Source: an uncultured Christensenella sp. (GTDB lineage: Bacteria; Bacillota; Clostridia; Christensenellales; CAG-138). Taken from it: a DNA stretch of 64,000 nt. Shown piece by piece: positions 9,267 through 18,625 of this stretch. The position numbers and the translations under genes are program-made. The stretch is from NCBI GenBank assembly GCA_964383635.1, contig CAYLIG010000001.1, positions 91,866 to 155,865 on the forward strand. The letters run 5' to 3'. The stretch's first letter is position 1; each line of letters opens with the position of its first letter. Under the pieces are notes generated by a model that saw only the letters and a program-made list of their open reading frames with translations, made no database searches and was not told the origin of the DNA.

Positions 9267-9908
9267 TTACGGCTCCTCGTCGGATTCATCCGCAATGCGG
9301 CACTCGCCGGGGACGGCGCCTTTTGCCAGATCCTCCGCCCGGAGGCCGGGGCCGGGATCGCCAATGAGCCAGTGCTTGCGGCAGAGGCCGATGTATTTGT
9401 CGCTCGCGCCGAGCACCACCTGCTCGCCGACCTTGGTGATGCCGCCAACGCCGTCGAGGCGGGCGTTGTTCGTCGCTTTTTTGCCGCACCAGCAGATGGT
9501 TTTGACCTCTTCGATCGTATCCGCGCGCGCGAGCAGCCGCGCGCTGCCGGGGAAGAACTCCCCGCGGAAATCGGTCTTGAGGCCATAGCAGATCACGGGC
9601 ACGTCGTAGTCGTCCACGATGGGCAGCAGCATGTCCACCTGCTCGGCGGAGAGGAACTGCGCCTCGTCGATGATGAGACAGTCGTACTCGCGCGCGCGCA
9701 CCTTGTCCCAGTCGATCTGGTCAAACAGAATGCAGTTTGCCTCGAGTCCGCTGCGCGAGCGGATGGTGTATTCGCCGTCCCGCGTGTCCACGCCCGGCTT
9801 GATCAGCAGCGCTTTTTTGCAGCGTTCCTGATAGTTATACCAAACCATGATGGCGTTTGCGGTCTTGCTGGAACCCATTGCGCCATAACGGAAATAGAGT
9901 TTTGCCAT
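9267..9908 (-). CDS. tdk: thymidine kinase
   Basis: P-loop GAMGSSKT, IIDEAQF and a Zn-binding CxCG...C region; 213 aa. Confidence 0.93.
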   Translation of the reverse strand: MAKLYFRYGAMGSSKTANAIMVWYNYQERCKKALLIKPGVDTRDGEYTIRSRSGLEANCILFDQIDWDKVRAREYDCLIIDEAQFLSAEQVDMLLPIVDDYDVPVICYGLKTDFRGEFFPGSARLLARADTIEEVKTICWCGKKATNNARLDGVGGITKVGEQVVLGASDKYIGLCRKHWLIGDPGPGLRAEDLAKGAVPGECRIADESDEEP

Positions 9909-10021
9909 AATGCCTCCGAGTTAAATTGATAATGATGCTTGCCGGAAAATAAACACGGCGCCGCGGCGAATGCGCTCCGACACGGCGCCGAATGGTTGAA
10001 ATTCGCGTGGGAAAAGAGCTG

Positions 10022-11011
10022 TTACCTGCGACCCTTGTCGTAAGGAATACCCTCGGACTTCGGCGCGCGGGACTTCTTGCTGGTGATGATGAGCAGAATC
10101 ATCGTGACGATGTAGGGAATCATCAGATACAGATACTCGCTCTGATTGATCCGATCGAAGCTCGGCAGAAACGGAATGCTGCTCGAATAGGATCCGATGA
10201 TTTTAAACAGCGCGAAGAAGAGGGAAGCGCCGAGGATATTCATCGGCTTCCAGTTGCCGAAAATCATGACGGCCAGCGCCAGAAAGCCGTATCCGGCGAC
10301 GGACGACTGGAACGTCGACCCCGCAGCCAGCGTATAGGCAAGACCGCCGATTCCGCCGAGAAGGCCGGAGATGAACACGCCCGAATAGCGCATGCGGTAC
10401 ACGTTGACGCCGACGGAGTCCGCCGCCTGCGGATGCTCGCCGCAGGCGCGAAGGCGAAGGCCGAAGCGCGTTTTATAGAGCACAACCGCGGCGATGATGA
10501 AGATGCAGACCGCCCAGATCGTCGTTTGATAGAAGCTCTTGAACAAAAACGCCTGCCAGAAATTATCTTTGACCGCGATGCCGAGCGTTTCCTGCGTGAT
10601 ACGCGACCAGGTCGGAATGATGATGTTGGTCTGTCCCTGACCCTGCACTGCCCAGGTAAGCGCAATGGCGATGGCGGGCGCCATCATGTTCAGCGCCGTG
10701 CCGCCGATCGTTTGATCCGCCTTTAAGCTGACCGACGCAAACGCAAGCAGCAGCGAAAACATCGCGCCCGAAAACGCCGCGACCAAGATGGCGATCAGCA
10801 TGCCGAGCTGCGGCGCGGTATTGCCGATTTCGGTGTGCATATCCAGCGAGCGAAGCGTGAGGCACGCAAACAGCGCGCCGATGACCATGACGCCTTCCAG
10901 AGCGATGTTGATGACGCCGCTGCGTTCGGAAAACATGCCGCCGAGGGCAACGAGAAGCAGCGGAACGGCAAACAGGATTGTGGCGCTGAGGATGTCGGAT
11001 ACAATCGTCAT
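10022..11011 (-). CDS. ABC transporter permease (BMP/nucleoside-type importer, NupQ-like)
   Basis: 329-aa polytopic membrane protein. Its start overlaps the stop of the upstream permease by 4 nt. Confidence 0.85.
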   Translation of the reverse strand: MTIVSDILSATILFAVPLLLVALGGMFSERSGVINIALEGVMVIGALFACLTLRSLDMHTEIGNTAPQLGMLIAILVAAFSGAMFSLLLAFASVSLKADQTIGGTALNMMAPAIAIALTWAVQGQGQTNIIIPTWSRITQETLGIAVKDNFWQAFLFKSFYQTTIWAVCIFIIAAVVLYKTRFGLRLRACGEHPQAADSVGVNVYRMRYSGVFISGLLGGIGGLAYTLAAGSTFQSSVAGYGFLALAVMIFGNWKPMNILGASLFFALFKIIGSYSSSIPFLPSFDRINQSEYLYLMIPYIVTMILLIITSKKSRAPKSEGIPYDKGRR

Positions 11012-12168
11012 GACGGATTCGCCTCGCTTTCATGGGAGTCGCTTGCGCCTGGTTCGCCGGAGGACGGCAACGGTTCCGTCAGCGTCGGTTCCTTGGGTAA
11101 AATCCACTTTCCGATAATGGCGCGAATCAGCAGGGAGAAAGCGGAAAGATAGATGATGACCGACACGATAATGTCGATGATCTCGCGTACAAACTCCGGT
11201 TGCATTGCGTCCCCGCCAACCTGAATGTAGGAGATAAACAACGCCGAGAATATGGTGCCGATTGGATTCGATGTGGCGAGCAGCGCAACGGGAATGCCGT
11301 TGAAGCCCATCGTCGTGAGCGTTTTGAGCAGGGAGTATTGCCCGGTTCCGGCCAGATAATACAACCCGCCGCCCAAACCGGAGAGCGCGCCGGCGATAAT
11401 CATGGAAAGCACGATGCTCCGCTTGGAGTTGATGCCCGCATATTCGCTCGCGTTGCGGTTAAATCCGCAGGCTTTGAGCTCATAGCCGAACGTTGTCTTA
11501 TTCAGGACGATATACATCAGGATCGAAAACAGAATCGCGATGAATATGCCGATATTCATGTAGTTGGATCCGAACAGCTTGTCCAGCCCCAGCTTGGGAA
11601 GCACGGCGGCCGGGTTGGCGACGTCGAGCGGCGCGGTGCGGTCCATCTGCGCCAGTCCCCAGTGCTTGGCGAGCATCTGGCTGAGATTGACGATGACGAG
11701 GTTCACGGAGAACAGCCCGATCCAGTTGAACATGATGGAGGTGATGACCTCGTGCACGTTGAACAGCGCCTTTAAAAGGCCGGGGAAGATGCCCCAGAAC
11801 GCGCCGCCGATGGTTGCGAGCAGGAGACAGACATACCAGGGAAGCTGCAGCTCGATTGCGCCGATGAGCGCAAGCGCGGCGCCGACCGTGTACTGTCCCG
11901 TTGCGCCGATGTTAAACAGCCCCGTGCGAAACGCGAAGCCGACGGATAGGCCGGTCATGATCAGCGGCGCGGCCTGATAGAGCACTTTTGCGAACTTATC
12001 GCTTGAACGCAGCCCGGCCGAGACCAGCGAACCAAAGCCCTGCAGCGCGTGCGGCGCGTTGAAACAAAACAGCAGAATGAGCCCGAACAGCAGCCCGAAG
12101 AGGATGGATATGGCGCTGGCGAGCAGGCTGATGCCGCCGTTGGTTTTAAAGAAATGATTTCGCTTCAT
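11008..12168 (-). CDS. ABC transporter permease (BMP/nucleoside-type importer, NupP-like)
   Basis: 386-aa polytopic membrane protein, translationally coupled to the ATPase (4-nt overlap). Confidence 0.85.
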   Translation of the reverse strand: MKRNHFFKTNGGISLLASAISILFGLLFGLILLFCFNAPHALQGFGSLVSAGLRSSDKFAKVLYQAAPLIMTGLSVGFAFRTGLFNIGATGQYTVGAALALIGAIELQLPWYVCLLLATIGGAFWGIFPGLLKALFNVHEVITSIMFNWIGLFSVNLVIVNLSQMLAKHWGLAQMDRTAPLDVANPAAVLPKLGLDKLFGSNYMNIGIFIAILFSILMYIVLNKTTFGYELKACGFNRNASEYAGINSKRSIVLSMIIAGALSGLGGGLYYLAGTGQYSLLKTLTTMGFNGIPVALLATSNPIGTIFSALFISYIQVGGDAMQPEFVREIIDIIVSVIIYLSAFSLLIRAIIGKWILPKEPTLTEPLPSSGEPGASDSHESEANPS

Positions 12169-13772
12169 GCGCGGTTCGCCTCGCTTTCCTTCGACTGCCG
12201 CTTGGCGCCGGCCATATAAAGGCCGAGCTCCTCGACGGTCGTTACTTTCGGGTCGAACTCTCCGACGATTTCACCTTCGTACATCACGAGGATGCGGTCG
12301 GAAACGTTCATGACCTCGTCCAGTTCAAGGGAGACAAGGAAGACCGCCTTGCCTTTGTCGCGCGCGGCGACGAGCTGCTTGTGAATGTATTCGATTGCGC
12401 CGACGTCGAGTCCGCGCGTGGGTTGTACGGCGACGAGAAGATCGGGGTTTTTGTCGATTTCACGGGCGACGATGGCTTTCTGCTGGTTGCCGCCGGACAT
12501 GCTGCGCGCGCTGGTGACGGGACCCTGACCGCTGCGGATGTCGTACTGCGCGATGAGCTTTTCCGCATACTGGCGGACGGCGGGCTTTTTGATGAAGCCG
12601 CGCTTTTGAAACGCCGGCTCCCAGTAGCGCTGTAGGACGAGGTTTTCCTCCAGCGAGTAATCCAGCACCAGACCGAACTTCTGCCGGTCCTCGGGGATAT
12701 GGCTCATGCCGAGCTTGCTGCGCTGGCGGATGGGCATCAGCGTCGTACGCGCCGCCGCCAGAGAGGCGGCGCTTTGCTTTTCGCGCTTTGCCGCGATGCG
12801 AACGATCGGCTCGCCTTTGAGCGTGATCTCGCCTGCGGACGGCTTCTCCAGACCGGTGAGCGCATAGACAAACTCCGTCTGGCCGTTTCCCTCGATTCCC
12901 GCGAGGCAGACAATTTCGCCCGCGCGGACGGAAAACGAAACGTCCTTGACCGCGTTGTTCTTGTGCGCTTTGCTTGCAACGGTGAGATGCCGGACATCCA
13001 GCACGGTGTCCGTCGGCGTTGCGTCGTCCTTGGAGACGACGAACTCCACGTCCCGGCCAACCATCATGCGGCTGAGCTTTGTTTTGTCGGTGTCCTTGAC
13101 GTCCACCGTGCCGATGCACTTGCCCTTGCGAAGCACCGTGCAGCGATCCGCGACGGCCATGATTTCATTTAGTTTGTGGGTGATGAACAGAATGGATTTG
13201 CCCTCCGCGGCAAACGAGCGCATGATGCCCATGAGTTCGTCGATCTCCTGCGGCGTGAGCACGGCGGTCGGTTCGTCGAAGATGAGGATGTCGTTGTCGC
13301 GGTAGAGCATCTTTAATATTTCCACGCGCTGCTGCATGCCGACCGAGATGTCCTCGATCAGCGCGTCGGGGTCGATTTTCAGCCCGTATCGTTCGCTGAG
13401 CTCGACCACCTTTTTGCGCGCTTCTTTCTTTTCCAGGAACCCCATCTTCTGCGGTTCCACGCCGAGAATGATGTTTTCCAGAACGGTGAACACCTCGACG
13501 AGCTTGAAGTGCTGGTGCACCATGCCGATGTTGAGGGCGTTCGCGTCGTTGGGGTCCTTGATGCGGACGATTTCGCCGTCCTTTTTAATCACGCCCTTTT
13601 CCGGCTGATACAGACCGAAGAGCACACTCATCAACGTGGATTTCCCCGCGCCGTTTTCGCCGAGCAGCGCGTGGATCTCTCCGCGGCGCAGGCGCAGCGT
13701 GATGTCGTCGTTGGCGCGGATGCCGGGAAATTCCTTCGTGATGTTTAGCATCTCGATGACATAATCGTTCAT
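12165..13772 (-). CDS. ABC transporter ATP-binding protein with duplicated ATPase domains (NupO-like)
   Basis: Walker [10 protein letters not shown], signatures [11 protein letters not shown] and [11 protein letters not shown], Walker B ILIFDEPT; 535 aa. Confidence 0.92.
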   Translation of the reverse strand: MNDYVIEMLNITKEFPGIRANDDITLRLRRGEIHALLGENGAGKSTLMSVLFGLYQPEKGVIKKDGEIVRIKDPNDANALNIGMVHQHFKLVEVFTVLENIILGVEPQKMGFLEKKEARKKVVELSERYGLKIDPDALIEDISVGMQQRVEILKMLYRDNDILIFDEPTAVLTPQEIDELMGIMRSFAAEGKSILFITHKLNEIMAVADRCTVLRKGKCIGTVDVKDTDKTKLSRMMVGRDVEFVVSKDDATPTDTVLDVRHLTVASKAHKNNAVKDVSFSVRAGEIVCLAGIEGNGQTEFVYALTGLEKPSAGEITLKGEPIVRIAAKREKQSAASLAAARTTLMPIRQRSKLGMSHIPEDRQKFGLVLDYSLEENLVLQRYWEPAFQKRGFIKKPAVRQYAEKLIAQYDIRSGQGPVTSARSMSGGNQQKAIVAREIDKNPDLLVAVQPTRGLDVGAIEYIHKQLVAARDKGKAVFLVSLELDEVMNVSDRILVMYEGEIVGEFDPKVTTVEELGLYMAGAKRQSKESEANRA

Positions 13773-13831
13773 TCGAACTATTTCCTTCCCATCAGGCTCA
13801 AAGATATATGATCAGACAATTGCAACTGTTG

Positions 13832-13864
13832 AAAAGGGGCCAGGCGATGAACCCGGCCCCTTTG
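13832..13864 (-). terminator. intercistronic hairpin/attenuator after the binding-protein gene
   Basis: Minus strand GGGGCCGGG-ttcatcg-CCTGGCCCC-TTTTC, between the BMP lipoprotein gene and the ATPase gene. Confidence 0.55.
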
Positions 13865-13877
13865 TGAGACTGCTTTT

Positions 13878-14939
13878 TTAGCTCATGTAGTCGACGGCGA
13901 TGTCGACCATCGGAGCGTTTTCAATGTCGTTGGAGATAACGAGCGAACCATCCAGAATTTTTGCATAAAGCGCTTCATATTCTGCTACGGTAAACGTGGT
14001 GAATCTCCAGGAGGCATCCGCTGTTGGAATGCCGACGGACTTTGTTGCCGCGCCGAGCAGGACATGCTGTCCGGCGAGATCCGCGGGCCACGTACCCTTG
14101 TTGTCATAGAGCTTCTGGAGGTAGTCGGCCGTGGTGTTCGGGAGCTCTTTGTAAGCGGAGGTGAGGAACCGATCGGAGATGTAGTACTGGTCGGAGTCGA
14201 CGCCGATCACCCATCCTTTGGGGTTCGCTTCGTCGGCAGCTGCGATAACGGAATTGAACAAACCGCCGCCGCAGGCAAAGACGACTTCGGTGCCGTCGGA
14301 GTACCAGCCGTCCATCTTCACTTTGATTTCATCGGTTGCCCAGAACGCCTGTGCATACCAGAACTTGATGGAGACATCCGCGGTGTTGCCGAGCTCGGCA
14401 GCCGCTGCATTAGCGCCCTGCACAAAGCCGTAGCCATAGCGCACGACGGCCGGAACGGCCATGCCGCCGCAGAATCCGAGGTTGGTGTAGCCGTCCATAA
14501 CAACCGCATAACCGGCGCAGTATCCGGCGATTTCTTCCTGATAGGAGCAGATCGTGGTGTTAGAGGTCGGCGTCATGTCGCCCGTGGTCAGGTCGATGCC
14601 AAGGAACATGACTTTAGGATAGAGTTCCTGTGCCTGCGTGATGGAGGGACCAAACATATAGCCGGGGCAGACGATGACTTTTGCGCCTTTTTCCACGGCT
14701 GTTTTCATTGCTTCAACGCGGGCTTCGTCGGAGTCTTCAGAGGGGCGATAATAGTTGTAGGTTTTTCCATTGGCTTCCGCGAATTGCTTCACGCCTTCCC
14801 AGGTGCCTTGGTTAAAGGACTGGTCGTCGATGTTGCCGACGTCTGTGACCAATGCGATTTCATAGGTTTCCTTTGGCGCACAGGCAGCGAACGTCAGAAT
14901 GATCGCCAGCGTTAAGAGAATTGCGACAACTTTCTTCAT
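13878..14939 (-). CDS. BMP family (PnrA/NupN-like) substrate-binding lipoprotein
   Basis: ATG at 14939 follows GGGAGGAAAATC. Signal plus lipobox MKKVVAILLTLAIILTFAAC. The DVGNIDDQSFNQGTWEG motif is typical of basic membrane protein binding proteins. Confidence 0.9.
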   Translation of the reverse strand: MKKVVAILLTLAIILTFAACAPKETYEIALVTDVGNIDDQSFNQGTWEGVKQFAEANGKTYNYYRPSEDSDEARVEAMKTAVEKGAKVIVCPGYMFGPSITQAQELYPKVMFLGIDLTTGDMTPTSNTTICSYQEEIAGYCAGYAVVMDGYTNLGFCGGMAVPAVVRYGYGFVQGANAAAAELGNTADVSIKFWYAQAFWATDEIKVKMDGWYSDGTEVVFACGGGLFNSVIAAADEANPKGWVIGVDSDQYYISDRFLTSAYKELPNTTADYLQKLYDNKGTWPADLAGQHVLLGAATKSVGIPTADASWRFTTFTVAEYEALYAKILDGSLVISNDIENAPMVDIAVDYMS

Positions 14940-14991
14940 GGATTTTCCTCCCAAATGTATTTGCGCCTTTGCAGGCGCAGATTCTGAACAC

Positions 14992-15020
14992 AGTATATCA
15001 CAGTTGTATAGTGGACACAA
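14992..15020 (-). promoter_or_regulatory. promoter of the BMP-ABC operon
   Basis: On the minus strand: TTGTGT, 17 nt, TATACT, with a TGa extended -10. Confidence 0.55.
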
Positions 15021-15079
15021 CAAAGTTAAACCCCGCATACTGTAATATTTTCCACCGTTTTCATGCAGGGAAAAACCTG

Positions 15080-15108
15080 TTGACTTCAAGTGGAGCCTCG
15101 CGTATAAT
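15080..15108 (+). promoter_or_regulatory. sigma-70-type promoter of rpsU
   Basis: TTGACT, 17 nt, TATAAT. Confidence 0.8.
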
Positions 15109-15162
15109 GACTTCTAGCGTCTTCTGAAGAAGGAAGAGTCGTATAAGAGGGGAGGGAAGGAA

Positions 15163-15333
15163 ATGGAAATTCGCGTAGGTGAAAACGAGTCCCTGGAGAG
15201 CGCTCTGAAACGATTCAAACGCAAATGCGCACGCAGCGGCGTCCTGGCAGAGGTCCGTCGTCGCGAGCACTATGAAAAGCCCAGTGTGAAGCGCAAAAAG
15301 AAAGCTGAGGCTGCCAGAAAGCGCAAGTATTGA
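15163..15333 (+). CDS. rpsU: 30S ribosomal protein S21
   Basis: Hand-translated, because it is below the 60-aa cutoff of the ORF track: [72 protein letters not shown] lies upstream. Confidence 0.93.
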   Translation: MEIRVGENESLESALKRFKRKCARSGVLAEVRRREHYEKPSVKRKKKAEAARKRKY

Positions 15334-15410
15334 TCGCATGGCGCTGGAGACGAACGGTTCGCCGCAAATAATTCAGGCTGAGCCGCAGTCAAAAAACAAA
15401 ACAGCATAAA

Positions 15411-15443
15411 AGCGAATCGGTTTCCGGTTCGCTTTTTGTTTTA
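15411..15443 (+). terminator. rho-independent terminator of rpsU
   Basis: AGCGAATCGG-ttt-CCGGTTCGCT followed by TTTTGTTTT. Confidence 0.8.
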
Positions 15444-15581
15444 TAAATTACTGCCGGGTGCGGATTGACTGCGCGCCGAGAGCGTGCACAAATTTGTGAA
15501 ATTACAATTATAATGTGGTATTGCGTTCATAGATATGGTATTATTTACTATATTAATGCACCAAATAAGGAGCATACCGTC

Positions 15582-16040
15582 ATGAAATGCAGATACTGCG
15601 CCAGCATCGAGAGCAAGGTGATCGATTCGCGCCCCACGGAGGATGGCAGCGCCATTCGCCGCAGACGCGAGTGCATCAACTGCGGCAAACGATTTACGAC
15701 CTATGAGAAAATAGAAGAAATACCGATCATGGTCGTCAAGCGGGATGGACGGCGCGAGCAGTTCGACTCCGAAAAAATTCGCATGGGCATCCGCAAGGCC
15801 TGCGAGAAGCGCCCCGTCGCGGCGGACGTACAGGACAAGCTGGTCGAGGACGTCAGCAGGGAGGTCTTCAATACGCTGGCATCCGAGGTGACCACGCGTG
15901 ACATCGGCGAGGTCGTCATGAAAAAGCTCAAGGACGTCGACGAGGTCGCCTATGTGCGCTTTGCGTCGGTCTATCGCGAGTTCAAGGACACGCAGACGTT
16001 TATGAAAGAACTGCAGCGGCTGCTTGACGAAAAGAACTGA
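15582..16040 (+). CDS. nrdR: transcriptional repressor NrdR
   Basis: [42 protein letters not shown] (Zn ribbon) plus an ATP-cone. An AAGGAG RBS lies 9 nt upstream of the ATG at 15582. Confidence 0.95.
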   Translation: MKCRYCASIESKVIDSRPTEDGSAIRRRRECINCGKRFTTYEKIEEIPIMVVKRDGRREQFDSEKIRMGIRKACEKRPVAADVQDKLVEDVSREVFNTLASEVTTRDIGEVVMKKLKDVDEVAYVRFASVYREFKDTQTFMKELQRLLDEKN

Positions 16041-16096
16041 CGTGATTTGCCGGATGCGGCGGGGGTGAACTCAACACAGATCCGCACAGCGGACCC

Positions 16097-16120
16097 GGCG
16101 GCGGCAGGCCGCCTTTTTTT
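16097..16120 (+). terminator. rho-independent terminator of nrdR
   Basis: GGCGGC-ggcag-GCCGCC-TTTTTTT. Confidence 0.75.
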
Positions 16121-16141
16121 AACGAAACGGACGGAGACGAC

Positions 16142-17005
16142 ATGGCGCAAAAAGACGCAAATCTAACCAAATTTTCCGAACAATATGCGAAGATTTTCCG
16201 CGGCGTGAAGTTTCGCTATGTGGATGGCGTAGGCATCTATACGGCGCCGTCGCTGGAACGCCTTGCGGGGTTTGACCATGGCTTTTCCGCGCGCAGCGGG
16301 GGCGTGAGCAAGGGGGGCTTTTCCTCGCTTAACCTGAGTTTCGCGCGCCCGGAAAACCGCGAAAACGTCATGGAAAACTATCGCATCTTCTGCCGTGCGG
16401 CGGACATTCCGTTCGAGGGGATGGTCATGGACAGCTATGAACACGGCACAACCGTGCTCAAGGTGGACGGGGCGGACGCCGGAAAAGGGTATCTGCGAGA
16501 TCCGCTGCCCGCCTGTGACGGCCTTGTTACCAACGACCCCGCCGTCACACTGATGACAGGGCACGCGGACTGCATGGCGTTTTTCTGTATTGATCCTGTC
16601 CGCCGTTGCATCGGCCTTGCGCACGCGGGCTGGCGCGGCGCGCTCGGGTGCATCGGCGCGCGCGTCGTCGTCATGATGACGGAGGAATACGGCACGAACC
16701 CGGCGGATGTAGTTGCAAGCGTCGGTCCGTCGATCTGCCCTGCGTGTTTTGAGGTTGGCTTAAATGTAGCGCAAGAGTTTTCAGCGGCGTTTCCCGGCCT
16801 TCCTTGCGTGATTGAACACGCGGGCGCAAGGCCGCACGTCGACCTTTGGATGGTCGCGGTTTACCAGCTTATGGACGCGGGCGTTCTGCCGGAGCATGTT
16901 TCGCTCTTCAACGTCTGCACCATGGAGACGCTGCGGCTTTTTTCGCACCGGCGGGATCATGGAAACACGGGCGGCATGGCTGCGTATCTGCGCATCCTGC
17001 CGTAA
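16142..17005 (+). CDS. pgeF: peptidoglycan editing factor PgeF / YfiH (DUF152, Cu-oxidase_4) family
   Basis: GFSARSGGVS, TGHADCMAFF and LAHAGWRG motifs; 287 aa. Confidence 0.88.
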   Translation: MAQKDANLTKFSEQYAKIFRGVKFRYVDGVGIYTAPSLERLAGFDHGFSARSGGVSKGGFSSLNLSFARPENRENVMENYRIFCRAADIPFEGMVMDSYEHGTTVLKVDGADAGKGYLRDPLPACDGLVTNDPAVTLMTGHADCMAFFCIDPVRRCIGLAHAGWRGALGCIGARVVVMMTEEYGTNPADVVASVGPSICPACFEVGLNVAQEFSAAFPGLPCVIEHAGARPHVDLWMVAVYQLMDAGVLPEHVSLFNVCTMETLRLFSHRRDHGNTGGMAAYLRILP

Positions 17006-17093
17006 ACGGCGCGTGCGCCGACTGCCGCGAAGAGAACGCGGAAAACAGTCGCAAATCAGGGCATATGCCGCTTTTACGGGGGACATGCGCCGA

Positions 17094-17122
17094 TTGACAA
17101 TCGACGCGCCCAAGAGTATAAT
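17094..17122 (+). promoter_or_regulatory. consensus sigma-70-type promoter
   Basis: TTGACA, 17 nt, TATAAT, upstream of the PPIase gene. Confidence 0.8.
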
Positions 17123-17181
17123 TCATTCGTTTCAACGTTTAATCGGCAGAAATGATTTCACCAACACATAAAGGGAGACAG

Positions 17182-18315
17182 ATGTTCATGAAACTCAACA
17201 AAACGATTGCGCTGGCCGTGGTGCTGCTGCTTGCCGCATCCATGCTGTTTGGCTGCCAGAGCAAGCCGCTGCTTGCCGCGACGGTCGGCGATCAGGAAGT
17301 CACCGTTACCCAGCTTGAGAGCTCTTACAACAACAGCCTCAGCTATGCCTCCGCATATGGTTACGATACGACCACGGACGAAGGCATTGCCGGCTTTCGC
17401 GAATATCTGCTGGGCAATCTGATCGCATCCGCGATGAAGACCTATCAGGCGAAGCAGTCCGGCATCACGCTGACCGACGAAGAGCTCGCCGCAGCGGAGG
17501 AAACTGCGCAGTCGAACTATGACGATACCGTGCAGAACTTTGTCGATCAGGCGACGCAGGCGGGCGCAAGCAACCCGGAAGCGTATGCCAAAACGCTGTT
17601 CACCAAAGCGCTGATCCAGAACAACACCACGGTGAAGAAGCTGAAGGCGAGCATGCTCGAGGACGCGATCGACCAGACGCTCGTGAGCAAGCATAAAGAT
17701 GTCCTGCTCGCGGATGTCTCCCTGTCGGACGACGAACTTCTGGCAAAATATGACGAAGAGCTCGCTTCCCAAAAAGCGCTCTTTGACGAGACGCCTTCGC
17801 AGTATTTCACGTATGAAACGTATTCCCAGTATGGCTATTACGCACCGGCTGTATATATGCCGGAAGGCTTCTTCCGCGTACGCCAGATTTTGGTTGCGGA
17901 TGAAGCGACCGCTCTGATTGTCAAGCAGAAAATCGACGCCGGAGAGGACTTCGAAACAGTGCTGAAAGAGTACAACACCGATCCGGGTATGGACGGAGAC
18001 GCTTATGCCGCCGGCTACCTTGTTGGCGACGGTGCGAGCTTTGTGACGGAGTTTCTCAACGCGGCGCTCGCGCTGACACAGGACGGACAGGTTTCCGATC
18101 CGGTGCAGTCCGACTACGGCTGGCACATCATCAAGCGCGTTTCGACAGAGCCCGCGCATGAAATTCCCTATGAGGACGTGAAGATCACGTTTGACGCGTA
18201 CGAGCAAAACGCGTATCAGTCGCAGTATTATTCGGACATCGTCAGCGGCTGGGTCGCGGACGAATCGCTGGTCATCCGTTATCCGGACAACTATGCGTCC
18301 GTTGGCAAATCCTGA
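17182..18315 (+). CDS. peptidylprolyl isomerase lipoprotein (PrsA/SurA-like, parvulin domain)
   Basis: Signal plus lipobox MFMKLNKTIALAVVLLLAASMLFGC. Parvulin core FRVRQILV...GYLVGDG...YGWHIIKR. Start at 17182 or 17188 after AAAGGGAG. Confidence 0.85.
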   Translation: MFMKLNKTIALAVVLLLAASMLFGCQSKPLLAATVGDQEVTVTQLESSYNNSLSYASAYGYDTTTDEGIAGFREYLLGNLIASAMKTYQAKQSGITLTDEELAAAEETAQSNYDDTVQNFVDQATQAGASNPEAYAKTLFTKALIQNNTTVKKLKASMLEDAIDQTLVSKHKDVLLADVSLSDDELLAKYDEELASQKALFDETPSQYFTYETYSQYGYYAPAVYMPEGFFRVRQILVADEATALIVKQKIDAGEDFETVLKEYNTDPGMDGDAYAAGYLVGDGASFVTEFLNAALALTQDGQVSDPVQSDYGWHIIKRVSTEPAHEIPYEDVKITFDAYEQNAYQSQYYSDIVSGWVADESLVIRYPDNYASVGKS

Positions 18316-18330
18316 CAAGGAAGTGATAGC

Positions 18331-18420
18331 ATGAGCAAAGGTCTTAGAATCTTCAGCCTGGTCGTTGCGATCATGATGATTATCGGGACAGCCGCTTCCA
18401 TCATATTTGCATTGGCATAA
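18331..18420 (+). CDS. 29-aa hydrophobic micro-protein (candidate)
   Basis: Hand-translated as MSKGLRIFSLVVAIMMIIGTAASIIFALA. An AAGGAAGTG RBS lies 5-6 nt upstream, and the strong terminator sits only after this ORF. Not in the ORF track. Confidence 0.45.
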   Translation: MSKGLRIFSLVVAIMMIIGTAASIIFALA

Positions 18421-18436
18421 CAGAAGAATCGGAATA

Positions 18437-18470
18437 CAGCGGGGCCGGATGACGGCTCCGCTGTTTTTTT
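18437..18470 (+). terminator. rho-independent terminator
   Basis: CAGCGGGGCC-ggatgac-GGCTCCGCTG-TTTTTTT. Confidence 0.85.
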
Positions 18471-18504
18471 ACGATGATTTTGCGCTGCATACACGCAAGC
18501 AGGA

Positions 18505-18533
18505 TTGATTGTTGAGGCATAAGTCTTTATAAT
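18505..18533 (+). promoter_or_regulatory. sigma-70-type promoter of the 990-aa diguanylate cyclase gene
   Basis: TTGATT, 17 nt, TATAAT. Confidence 0.7.
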
Positions 18534-18625
18534 GAACATACTGACAATACAGGTTTAAAAAACAATTTCTTGTTTCGAACGTAACGATAAAAATCCGAAT
18601 CCGGACAACCGAAGGAGGACGACGA

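Noticed and set aside
9263-9586. N-terminal extension of the deoxyribosyltransferase-like ORF (track ORF 8864..9586)
   Set aside because: The extension overlaps the tdk coding region and is Ser/Ala/Arg/Pro-rich. The internal ATG at 9262 sits 5 nt after the tdk stop and begins the conserved MKFYVASG N-terminus.
9909-10021. Direct repeat GGCGCCGTGT (two copies) between the ABC permease and tdk as a regulatory element
   Set aside because: It is a short GC-rich repeat in GC-rich DNA. It can also be read as a weak hairpin terminator, and I could not support either reading convincingly.
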